Source: Citrobacter sp. ANG330 (lineage in GTDB: Bacteria > Pseudomonadota > Gammaproteobacteria > Enterobacterales > Enterobacteriaceae). Taken from it: a DNA stretch of 24,000 nucleotides. Made by a program: the position numbers and the translations under genes. The stretch spans positions 96,281 through 120,280 of the forward strand of contig NZ_JASJUI010000011.1 in assembly GCF_047467925.1 (NCBI RefSeq), read 5' to 3'. The notes under the pieces were generated by a model. It saw nothing but the letters and a program-made list of their open reading frames with translations, did not search any database and was not told where the DNA came from. Of the stretch, positions 16,943 to 24,000 are shown piece by piece (position 1 is the first letter of the stretch; each line of letters opens with the position of its first letter).

Positions 16943-17574
16943 AAAGACGTGACACCATCGTGCGCTACACCGCGCCGGAACGCATCAACCACTGGGTCAC
17001 CGCCTTCTGCTTCGTGCTGGCGGCGGTGAGCGGACTGGGCTTTTTCTTCCCGTCCTTCAACTGGCTGATGCAAATCATGGGGACACCGCAACTGGCGCGT
17101 ATTCTGCACCCGTTTGTAGGCGTCATCATGTTTGCCTCGTTCATCATCATGTTCTTCCGGTACTGGCACCACAACCTGATCAATCGGGATGACATCTTCT
17201 GGGCGAAGAACATCCGTAAGATTGTCGTCAACGAAGAAGTGGGCGACACCGGGCGGTATAACTTCGGTCAGAAATGCGTGTTCTGGGCGGCAATTATCTT
17301 CCTGGTGCTGCTGCTGGTGAGCGGTGTGATCATCTGGCGTCCATACTTTGCGCCAGCGTTCTCCATTCCGGTGATCCGCTTTGCGTTAATGCTGCACTCT
17401 TTTGCCGCCGTTGCGCTGATTGTGGTTATCATGGTGCATATTTACGCCGCGCTGTGGGTGAAAGGCACGATTACCGCGATGGTAGAAGGCTGGGTGACTC
17501 GCTCCTGGGCGAAGAAACATCACCCGCGCTGGTATCGTGAAGTGCGTGAAAAGCAGGATAAGACCCAGTCGTAA
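16939..17574 (+). CDS. fdoI: Formate dehydrogenase-O cytochrome b556 subunit FdoI
   Basis: 211 aa, 4-TM di-haem cytochrome b, with an ATGA overlap onto fdoH. Confidence 0.9.
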   Translation: MKRRDTIVRYTAPERINHWVTAFCFVLAAVSGLGFFFPSFNWLMQIMGTPQLARILHPFVGVIMFASFIIMFFRYWHHNLINRDDIFWAKNIRKIVVNEEVGDTGRYNFGQKCVFWAAIIFLVLLLVSGVIIWRPYFAPAFSIPVIRFALMLHSFAAVALIVVIMVHIYAALWVKGTITAMVEGWVTRSWAKKHHPRWYREVREKQDKTQS

Positions 17575-17602
17575 GCAAAGACTGTTCGTGAACCGATAAG
17601 TT

Positions 17603-17634
17603 AACGCCGGAGACTGAGTTTCCGGCGTTTTTTT
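17603..17634 (+). terminator. Rho-independent terminator after fdoI
   Basis: AACGCCGGA (17603-17611) pairs with TCCGGCGTT (17621-17629) across a 9-nt loop. A T7 run follows. Confidence 0.85.
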
Positions 17635-17647
17635 AGAATGGCTTTTA

Positions 17648-17680
17648 GTTTTGACAAGTTTTTGACAACTTTATACAGAT
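17648..17680 (+). promoter_or_regulatory. Putative promoter with tandem 11-bp-spaced direct repeats (GTTTTGACAA / GTTTTTGACAA) upstream of the vWA-HK-RR operon
   Basis: TTGACA occurs at 17651-17656 and again at 17662-17667, exactly 11 bp apart. TATACA/TACAGAT -10-like sequence lies at about 17672-17680. The region sits between the fdoI terminator and the vWA gene start. Confidence 0.45.
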
Positions 17681-17745
17681 AACAGACCAACCGACGTTGC
17701 GGTCGCATAAGAATGGAGTCGATTCTTAAGACAAGGAGACGTACC

Positions 17746-19083
17746 GTGAATCTCAAACACCTCTTCGCAGCCCTGGCAATGGGACTGCTTGCGACAACAA
17801 CGGCGGCACAACCGTCCGCGCCGAAAGTGACGATCAAATCCGAACTGGCTTCCCCTCTGGTGCTGGAAAACAGCCAGGACAAAAACTACCTCAAAGTGTC
17901 ACTGACGGGTTTCCCGCTACATGCAACTAAACGCAGCCCGATCAACCTCGCACTGGTGATTGACCGCTCCGGCTCTATGGGCGGCGAGCGTATCGAACAA
18001 GCAACAGAAGCCGCCGTAATGGCGGTGAACACCTTAAGCGCCCAGGACACGCTCTCGGTGGTGATTTACGACGACGTCGTGGATGTCATCGTACCGGCGG
18101 CCAAAGTCGGCAATAAAGCGAAACTTATCAGCCAAATCCGTGAACAGCTGACCGCACGCGGCGGTACCGCACTGTTTGCCGGGGTCAGCCGCGGTATCAA
18201 AGAAACCAGTAAATTCCTTGATAAGGCCCATGTTAACCGCATCATCCTGCTGTCTGATGGCCAGGCGAACGTCGGTCCTTCCTCCACCAGCGAACTGGCG
18301 GAGCTGGGTAAGATCGCCGCCCGCAAAGGGATTGCCATCACGACGATGGGTATTGGCGAAGGCTACAATGAAGATCTGATGGCGGCGATTGCCCAGTACA
18401 GCGATGGCAACCACGTGTTTGTACAAAATACCGATGCACTGGAGAAGGCATTTGCCCATGAATTTGGCGATGTCATGTCCGTCGTCGCTCAGGATGTAGT
18501 GGTGCAAATTCATGTCGCTGACAACGTTAAGCCACTACGCCTGCTGGGGCGTGAAGGTGAAATCCGCGACAACACGGTGACCGTAAAACTGAACCAGCTT
18601 TATGCCAATCAGGAGAAATATGTCATGCTGGAAGTGCTGCCGGCGAAAGGCCAGGCCGCACAAAGCAAGCCGCTCGCTGAGATCAACGTCAGCTATAACA
18701 ACCTCGCCACCGGGCAGAAAGAGCGCTGGGATGACAAGATGGCCATCAGCTATACCGCCTCTGCCAACGAAGTTCAGAAAGCGCAGGTGGAGGATGTGAT
18801 CGTCGATTCCGCCATTCAGAAATCCGCCATTCAGAATGAGCAGGCGTTACAGCTCATCGATGAAGGCAAAATGGACGAGGCGAAAGCGATCCTGCGCGAA
18901 AACTCTAGTACACTCAGCGCGTTACCGCTTAGCGCACCCGCTGCCAGAATGAAGGCACAGGAGAGCGCAGAGGAAAACCTTAAGTTGCTGGACAGGATGG
19001 AAAGCGAAAGCAAAGAAGCATCGCGCAAGTCGCTGAAAGAACAGAGCTATAAAACCAAAAACCAGAGTTCGAAATCGAACTGA
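17746..19083 (+). CDS. Secreted von Willebrand factor type A (vWA) domain protein with complete MIDAS motif and a charged helical C-terminal tail
   Basis: I prefer GTG 17746 (AAGGAG 7 nt upstream), giving the signal peptide VNLKHLFAALAMGLLATTTAAQP. The track ATG at 17713 has no SD. MIDAS elements are VIDRSGSMGG (DxSxS), GGTALFAG (T) and LLSDGQAN (D). The C-terminal 100 aa are Lys/Glu/Ser-rich. Confidence 0.8.
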   Translation: MNLKHLFAALAMGLLATTTAAQPSAPKVTIKSELASPLVLENSQDKNYLKVSLTGFPLHATKRSPINLALVIDRSGSMGGERIEQATEAAVMAVNTLSAQDTLSVVIYDDVVDVIVPAAKVGNKAKLISQIREQLTARGGTALFAGVSRGIKETSKFLDKAHVNRIILLSDGQANVGPSSTSELAELGKIAARKGIAITTMGIGEGYNEDLMAAIAQYSDGNHVFVQNTDALEKAFAHEFGDVMSVVAQDVVVQIHVADNVKPLRLLGREGEIRDNTVTVKLNQLYANQEKYVMLEVLPAKGQAAQSKPLAEINVSYNNLATGQKERWDDKMAISYTASANEVQKAQVEDVIVDSAIQKSAIQNEQALQLIDEGKMDEAKAILRENSSTLSALPLSAPAARMKAQESAEENLKLLDRMESESKEASRKSLKEQSYKTKNQSSKSN

Positions 19084-19100
19084 TCCACAAGGAGTGCTGG

Positions 19101-20597
19101 ATGCTCAGACGCAAGCCGATTTATCTCGTCATTACACTGATGTTTTTTATCCTGCTTGCTTACCTGGGCGTTCGCACTCTGGAACATGAAGTCTTGTTGC
19201 GTCAGTACCAGACTCAGACCCTGGCGAAATCGCAAACCGCCAGCGTCGCCAGGGGGATCGAAAATATTTTGCAGCAAAAAGCCTCCCGCCTGCATGCGAT
19301 TGGCGATTTTATCGACCCCGCAGAGGTCACCACCCTCAGTGCACTGAAAGAGAATGACAGCGACATTGCCGACGTCTTTATTCTGCGGAAAAATCATCTC
19401 CTCTACCCCGATGAGCGTCAGCCGTTAAGCAACGAGGATAAAGAGTGGGTGCGCCAGCTCAGCCCGCTGGTCAACGATCCCAGCCAACTTGCCAGTCATA
19501 TGACGCAAAGCGAGCAGGACACGCCGCAGGCCGGCTGGTTTATTAGTTTTGAGACGCAGGAACCGCTGTTGATCTACTGGCGCCAGAAAGACGGGGCGAT
19601 CATCGGTTTTCGCCTCTCCTGGGTACAACTGATGATGGATATGGCGAACGGCATTCAGATTAACCCGGAGGATCCGCAGCAGATTGTCAGGGTGACAGAA
19701 AACGGCCGTCAGCTTTATCAGAACGCGCAGGCGGATCTGCGACGGCTCACCTTACTGGACTCCCGCACGCTGGAGTATCCACTCACAACGTGGCAGGTCA
19801 GCGCTTACGGCGTCAACGCACCGCTCTGGCATATCTGGCTGTGGGGCGGCGCGTTAATCGTCCTGCTGCTTCTCGCCGTCGCACTGTTGGGCGTCTCGCT
19901 GTGGCGGGAATATACCCGCGCGGCGCGTCAGGCACGCCAACAGGTCGATTTTGTCAGCCAGGTGTCACACGAACTGAAAACACCGCTGACCAACATCACG
20001 CTCTATGCCGAACTGTTGCGCGAAGGGCTGGATGATGAACAAACGCAGGAACGACGCTATGTGGATGTGATCACTCAGGAAGGCCAGCGGTTATCGCGGC
20101 TTATCCAGAATATCCTGACCTTTACACGCGCACCGAAACTGCATCTTCAGCCAGTCAATCTCCGCCGTTTGATGACAGAAATTACGCAGATCTTTACGCC
20201 TGCGTTGCAGGCAAAAGGCATGACGATTCACATGTCTTGCCCTGAGAATCTGACATTGCACAGCGATCGTGACGTGATCACACAAATTGTCAGCAATTTT
20301 CTCAGTAATGCCGAAAAATACGCTTCGCAGGGTCAGCGCGTGGATCTGATCGTGGAACACGTTGCGGAAAACGTGGAGATCGCCGTTCGCGACTACGGTC
20401 CCGGCATTGCGGAAAATGAGATGTCCTTGATCTTCCGCCCGTTTTATCGGGTCAAATCTTCCATTACCGAGGGTGTTTCAGGTACCGGTATTGGACTCAC
20501 CATCGCTTGCCAACTGGCGCAACGCCTGCACGGCAAGATTCAGGTAACGGCGCAAGAGCCTGGCGTCCGCTTTACCCTTACGCTGCCGCAGGGATGA
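19101..20597 (+). CDS. Sensor histidine kinase (2 TM, ~215-aa periplasmic domain, HisKA + HATPase_c, no HAMP)
   Basis: 498 aa with TM1 IYLVITLMFFILLAYLGV and TM2 LWGGALIVLLLLAVALLGVSLW. The H-box VSHELKTPL comes only ~22 residues after TM2. N, G1, F and G2 boxes are SNAEKY, DYGPGI, FRPFYR and GTGIGL. AAGGAG lies upstream. Confidence 0.88.
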   Translation: MLRRKPIYLVITLMFFILLAYLGVRTLEHEVLLRQYQTQTLAKSQTASVARGIENILQQKASRLHAIGDFIDPAEVTTLSALKENDSDIADVFILRKNHLLYPDERQPLSNEDKEWVRQLSPLVNDPSQLASHMTQSEQDTPQAGWFISFETQEPLLIYWRQKDGAIIGFRLSWVQLMMDMANGIQINPEDPQQIVRVTENGRQLYQNAQADLRRLTLLDSRTLEYPLTTWQVSAYGVNAPLWHIWLWGGALIVLLLLAVALLGVSLWREYTRAARQARQQVDFVSQVSHELKTPLTNITLYAELLREGLDDEQTQERRYVDVITQEGQRLSRLIQNILTFTRAPKLHLQPVNLRRLMTEITQIFTPALQAKGMTIHMSCPENLTLHSDRDVITQIVSNFLSNAEKYASQGQRVDLIVEHVAENVEIAVRDYGPGIAENEMSLIFRPFYRVKSSITEGVSGTGIGLTIACQLAQRLHGKIQVTAQEPGVRFTLTLPQG

Positions 20598-20601
20598 GAA
20601 T

Positions 20602-21288
20602 ATGAAGATACTGATTGCCGAAGATGATGCGAACATCCGCCAGGGCCTGGTGGATGCACTGTCGCGCGAGGGTTATTCGCTCATTGCCGCACCGGACGGG
20701 CGCGCGGCGCTGGAGAGTTACCACCGCGACAAACCGGATTTCGTACTGTTAGACATCATGATGCCCGAAATGGATGGCTACACGGTCTGCCGGGAAATTC
20801 GCCGCCAGAACGAACACATTCCCATTGTGTTTCTCTCCGCCAAAGATGAGGAGATCGACCGTGTCGTGGGACTCGAACTGGGTGCAGATGACTACATCAG
20901 CAAACCGTTTGGTATTCATGAACTGCGGGCGCGGATAAAAACTATCGCCCGCCGCTGCCTGAACCATAGCGCCACGCAGCCTAACCTCAGCTTTGTTTTT
21001 GGCGACCTGACGGTGTTCCCGAATGAACTGTGCGCCTGGCGTGGCGAGCAAAAGCTGGAACTGACGCTGCGGGAAGTTCGCATTTTAAGCTGCCTGGAGC
21101 GTCATCAAAATCAGGTGGTTACACGCGATATGTTGTTCGATGCGGCGTGGGGATACGACTATTTACCCAATAGCCGTACGCTGGATCAGCATATTTCCCG
21201 GCTCCGCAAAGTCATCGAACAGGATGCCAATCAGCCGCAGCTAATCCGAACGGTGCATGGTCTGGGGTATCGATATCAGGTATCGTAG
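20602..21288 (+). CDS. OmpR/PhoB-family response regulator (receiver + winged-helix DNA-binding domain)
   Basis: 228 aa: MKILIAEDD..., then FVLLDIMMPEMDG (phospho-Asp), ..SAK.., and a C-terminal ...RTVHGLGYRY wing. It starts 4 nt after the HK stop. Confidence 0.9.
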   Translation: MKILIAEDDANIRQGLVDALSREGYSLIAAPDGRAALESYHRDKPDFVLLDIMMPEMDGYTVCREIRRQNEHIPIVFLSAKDEEIDRVVGLELGADDYISKPFGIHELRARIKTIARRCLNHSATQPNLSFVFGDLTVFPNELCAWRGEQKLELTLREVRILSCLERHQNQVVTRDMLFDAAWGYDYLPNSRTLDQHISRLRKVIEQDANQPQLIRTVHGLGYRYQVS

Positions 21289-21431
21289 CGCACACATTGC
21301 GATGTCGCAGGTGTATCCCGCAGGCCGATTGCGGTTATCATTAATGACATTCACCAGAGCGGGCGCGAGATGCCCGCCAAATTACCGAGCAGATTACTCT
21401 GGCTAAATCTGCCCAACCAGGAAGTGACTGA

Positions 21432-22361
21432 ATGAGCATTCGTATCATCCCGCAAGATGAGCTGGAAAAGAGCGAGAAACGTGCGTCGGATATGATTCCC
21501 CCGTTATTATTCCCTCGGCTCAAAAACCTGTATAACCGTCGCGCCGAGCGTCTGCGCGAACTGGCTGAGAACAACCCGCTGGGAGATTACCTGCGCTTTG
21601 CTGCGCTGATCGCCCATGCCCAGGAAGTGGTGCTGTACGACCATCCATTGCAGATGGATCTGACCGCACGCATCAGAGAAGCCAACGATCAGGGCAAACC
21701 GCCGCTGGATATCCACGTTCTGCCGCGCGATAAGCACTGGCAGAAACTGCTGCACTCGCTGATCGCCGAACTGAAACCCGAGATGAGCGGCCCGGCGCTG
21801 GCGGTGATCGAGAATCTGGAAAAAGCCTCCGAGCAGGAGCTGGAACAGATGGCCAGCGCCCTGTTTGCCTCAGATTTCGCCGCGGTCAGCAGTGATAAAG
21901 CCCCGTTTATCTGGGCCGCGTTGTCGCTGTACTGGGCGCAAATGGCCAGTCTTATCCCGGGTAAAGCCCGCGCGGAATATGGCGAACAACGTCAATTCTG
22001 CCCGGTGTGCGGCTCGATGCCGGTTTCCAGCATGGTGCAAATTGGCACCACCCAGGGACTGCGCTATCTGCACTGCAACCTCTGCGAAACCGAGTGGCAC
22101 GTAGTGCGCGTGAAATGCAGCAACTGCGAGCAAAGCCGCGATCTGCACTACTGGTCGCTGGATAATGAGCAGGCGGCGATCAAAGCCGAAAGCTGCGGTG
22201 ACTGCGGGACCTACCTGAAAATTCTGTATCAGGAAAAAGATCCTAAAGTGGAAGCTGTCGCCGACGATCTCGCGTCGTTGGTGCTGGACGCGCGCATGGA
22301 GCAAGAAGGCTTCGCCCGCAGTTCCATCAACCCGTTCCTGTTTCCGGGAGAAGGGGAGTAA
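21432..22361 (+). CDS. fdhE: Formate dehydrogenase formation/maturation protein FdhE
   Basis: 309 aa, starting [18 protein letters not shown].... Four CxxC pairs are present ([29 protein letters not shown]), matching E. coli FdhE in length. Confidence 0.92.
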   Translation: MSIRIIPQDELEKSEKRASDMIPPLLFPRLKNLYNRRAERLRELAENNPLGDYLRFAALIAHAQEVVLYDHPLQMDLTARIREANDQGKPPLDIHVLPRDKHWQKLLHSLIAELKPEMSGPALAVIENLEKASEQELEQMASALFASDFAAVSSDKAPFIWAALSLYWAQMASLIPGKARAEYGEQRQFCPVCGSMPVSSMVQIGTTQGLRYLHCNLCETEWHVVRVKCSNCEQSRDLHYWSLDNEQAAIKAESCGDCGTYLKILYQEKDPKVEAVADDLASLVLDARMEQEGFARSSINPFLFPGEGE

Positions 22362-22379
22362 ACGCCTTCAACAGGTAAT

Positions 22380-22403
22380 GCCGGACGGCGCTTATCGTCC
22401 GGC
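22380..22403. repeat. REP/BIME-like GC-rich hairpin between convergent fdhE and vapC
   Basis: GCCGGACG-gcgcttat-CGTCCGGC is a perfect 8-bp stem. The sequence resembles enterobacterial REP units (..GCCGGA..TTATC.GGCCTGC). It overlaps the last 4 codons of vapC. Confidence 0.55.
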
Positions 22404-22784
22404 CTGCAACTGATAAGGTGTGATGACGCCAGGGATCCCGGCGAAATCTCTGGTGTTGCGCGTCACAAGCGCAAACCGATGAATCTTCGCGGTAGCCAGA
22501 ATGATCGCGTCCGGAAGTTTCATCCCATATTCCTGCCTGAGATTCACGCTTCGCTCAGCAATTTCCTGTGAAACGCCGATGATGTTGAACGCACTCAACG
22601 CCACACGTGTACGATATTCCTGATGGTATTTTTTTGCCCCCACCATCACTTCCATCCAGGTAATCAGGCTGATGGCATTCTGCGGCGGATACGCTTCCAG
22701 TACTTGCTGTGCTTCCTGGTGCCCGCTGAATAAATCAATCAGGATATTGGTATCGAACAGCACGGGTCCCTTTTGCATTACCAT
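22392..22784 (-). CDS. vapC: Type II toxin VapC (PIN-domain ribonuclease)
   Basis: 130 aa. The PIN acidic residues appear in the expected contexts: [25 protein letters not shown] and TRNTRDF. The start overlaps the vapB stop (ATGGTAATG). Confidence 0.85.
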   Translation of the reverse strand: MVMQKGPVLFDTNILIDLFSGHQEAQQVLEAYPPQNAISLITWMEVMVGAKKYHQEYRTRVALSAFNIIGVSQEIAERSVNLRQEYGMKLPDAIILATAKIHRFALVTRNTRDFAGIPGVITPYQLQAGR

Positions 22785-23020
22785 TCCTCGCGCAGCGTCC
22801 TCTGATACTCAACGCCGTCTTCCTCACAGCCCTGCCAGAGCCCCAGCGCATTGGAAATCGTGGTTTCGGCTTGCCTTTCAAGGTACTGTTCAACGGCTTC
22901 GCGGAGCAACTCGGCTCGTGGAAGATTGCGCTGTTGCTTGAGATCATCCAGGCGCTTGATCACCTCATCGGATAAGTCGAGTAATATTCTGCCCATGTCC
23001 ATTCCAGCCATTATGCTCAC
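22778..23020 (-). CDS. vapB: Type II antitoxin VapB (ribbon-helix-helix, CopG/Arc/MetJ-type)
   Basis: 80 aa from GTG 23020 (GGAGGT 4 nt upstream). The RHH signature is [41 protein letters not shown]. It lies immediately upstream of, and coupled to, the PIN gene. Confidence 0.8.
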   Translation of the reverse strand: MSIMAGMDMGRILLDLSDEVIKRLDDLKQQRNLPRAELLREAVEQYLERQAETTISNALGLWQGCEEDGVEYQRTLREEW

Positions 23021-23037
23021 ATATACCTCCAGTATAT
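23021..23037 (-). promoter_or_regulatory. Palindrome overlapping the vapB RBS/-10 region, candidate VapBC autorepression operator
   Basis: ATATAC-CTCCA-GTATAT is a perfect 6-bp inverted repeat. On the coding strand it reads TATACTGGAGGTATAT and spans a TATACT -10-like hexamer and the SD. Confidence 0.45.
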
Positions 23038-23185
23038 CAGCGGCGAGTAAATTTCAAACAACATACACCGTCAGCAAGCAGGAAAAAAGCGATCTCCGTA
23101 GTGACTTTTCCTTTTGCGAGGCACTTTCCAGAATTTCACCCTGCCCCAAATCCACCATTCTCTTTCATAAAAAACCAGGTTATAA

Positions 23186-23205
23186 CACTGTATATTCATA
23201 CAGAC
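23186..23205. promoter_or_regulatory. LexA (SOS) box
   Basis: CACTGTATATTCATACAGAC contains CTGTATATTCATACAG, which fits CTG-N10-CAG. It resembles the consensus TACTGTATATATATACAGTA and shares the CATACAG half with the recA and sulA boxes. It ends 17 nt before the probable esterase ATG. Confidence 0.7.
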
Positions 23206-23221
23206 TCAAGGGATGAAGAAA

Positions 23222-24000
23222 ATGAGGCTTGAAAACGGTATCGCACAACAGGTCGAGGAATTTATCGCGGCGGGGCGCCCTTCTGCTCGTCGGCAGAGTA
23301 TTGATGATCGCAGGGCGGGCTACGTCGCCAGTACCGCGCTGGCCGGAGAGACTGAAACGCGCGTAGAGGTCCGTGATGTTGAGCTGGAGGGAATAACGCT
23401 GCGCGTCGTATCGCCGCGCCACGCTTCGGGTGCTCTGCCCTGCGTTATTTACTACCACGGCGGCTGTTTCGTGAGCGGCGGATTTGCCACACACGATAAT
23501 CAGTTACGACAACTGGCATATTTCAGCGGCTGCCGGGTGATTGCTGTGCAATATCGTCTCGCGCCTGAACATACGTTTCCTGCGGCGCATGACGATGCCG
23601 AAAAAGGGGCCAGTCTTATCTGGCAACATGCGGAGCAGCTTGGAGTTGAACGCCAGCGCATCACGCTTGCCGGAGACAGTGCAGGCGGACACCTGGCACT
23701 GGTAACGGCATTGCGCCTGAAGGCAGCAAAGCAATGGCTACCCGCGCAACTGGTGCTGATTTACCCGATGCTTGATGCGACCGCAAAATGTGAGAGCTAT
23801 ACCCGCAATGGTCTGGACTACCTCATTACCCGCGACACGTTGCTAACAGGGTATGAGATGTATTTTCCCCATACCGATCGCCAGCATCCTGAAGCCAGCC
23901 CGCTCTGGCGTGACGATCTCAGTGGATTACCGCCCACGCACATCATCACTGCTGAATTTGATCCGCTGCGCGACGAAGGCGAACTTTTGTATGACCGACT
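23222..24000 (+). CDS. Alpha/beta-hydrolase fold-3 esterase/lipase (Aes/HSL-like), 3' end beyond window
   Basis: Absent from the ORF track (no stop in window). It reads MRLENGIAQQVEEF...VIYYHGGCFVSGG (HGG oxyanion motif)...LAGDSAGGHLA (GDSAG nucleophile elbow)...FDPLRDEGE. ATG 23222 has AAGGGA 9 nt upstream. An in-frame ATG at 23213 is the alternative start. Confidence 0.8.
   Translation, partial: MRLENGIAQQVEEFIAAGRPSARRQSIDDRRAGYVASTALAGETETRVEVRDVELEGITLRVVSPRHASGALPCVIYYHGGCFVSGGFATHDNQLRQLAYFSGCRVIAVQYRLAPEHTFPAAHDDAEKGASLIWQHAEQLGVERQRITLAGDSAGGHLALVTALRLKAAKQWLPAQLVLIYPMLDATAKCESYTRNGLDYLITRDTLLTGYEMYFPHTDRQHPEASPLWRDDLSGLPPTHIITAEFDPLRDEGELLYDR

Noticed and set aside
17713-17745. The upstream ATG start for the vWA protein gives the N-terminus MESILKTRRRTVNL..., which could be read as a Tat-like RRR motif.
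   Set aside because: The ATG has no SD, whereas GTG 17746 has AAGGAG at ideal spacing. TRRRTV does not fit the S/T-R-R-x-F-L-K Tat consensus well. I keep it only as an alternative start.
17603-21431. I looked for mobile-element hallmarks around the vWA-HK-RR insertion: flanking direct or inverted repeats, integrase or transposase genes, and a tRNA target.
   Set aside because: None was found by eye, and composition looks similar to the flanks. I therefore do not call it a mobile element or genomic island, only an insertion relative to the K-12 gene order.
23041-23185. I searched the spacer between vapB and the LexA box for a LexA-controlled type I toxin or small ORF. One example is the 10-codon minus-strand ORF ATGAAAGAGAATGGTGGATTTGGGGCAGGGTGA.
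   Set aside because: I found no hydrophobic small ORF, no convincing SD and no clear terminator. This cannot be supported from sequence alone. It is kept only as an alternative hypothesis under the LexA finding.
23180-23734. Minus-strand ORFs of 104 aa and 76 aa opposite the esterase gene.
   Set aside because: The plus-strand frame contains the HGG and GDSAG catalytic motifs of the hydrolase family. The minus-strand ORFs are antisense artefacts.
1-24000. CRISPR arrays, rRNA and tRNA genes, IS elements and prophage genes.
   Set aside because: I noticed no regularly spaced repeats, no tRNA-like or rRNA-like sequence, and no transposase, integrase or phage ORFs in any frame.

Overview
This is an enterobacterial chromosomal window. 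Its backbone is syntenic with, and inverted relative to, the E. coli K-12 frvABXR / fdhD / fdoGHI / fdhE region, as I recall that map. Left to right on the + strand:

- A truncated XRE-cupin regulator, divergent from azlCD-type branched-chain amino-acid exporter genes.
- A minus-strand seven-gene operon: PfkA-like kinase, ascorbate-type PTS EIIB and EIIC, class II aldolase, an 89-aa orphan, EIIA and a P-loop kinase.
- A 483-bp AT-rich divergent control region, then frvA-frvB-frvX-frvR.
- A small DUF1471/BhsA-like secreted protein gene and fdhD.
- fdoG (Tat signal, in-frame UGA selenocysteine with a SECIS-like hairpin), fdoH and fdoI.
- A three-gene module wedged between fdoI and fdhE: secreted vWA/MIDAS protein, sensor histidine kinase, OmpR-family response regulator.
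- fdhE, a REP-like hairpin and a vapBC (RHH antitoxin / PIN toxin) pair.
- A near-consensus LexA box directly upstream of a truncated alpha/beta-hydrolase (esterase) gene.

I saw no rRNA, tRNA, CRISPR array, transposase or integrase.

The candidates most worth a second look:
1. The vWA-HK-RR triad inserted into the fdo/fdhE locus, with an 11-bp-periodic direct repeat in its promoter.
2. The uncharacterised PTS / PfkA-like / aldolase / P-loop operon, which has a visibly AT-rich 5' end.
3. The SOS box in front of an esterase gene.

All family calls come from reading motifs by eye. No database search was possible.
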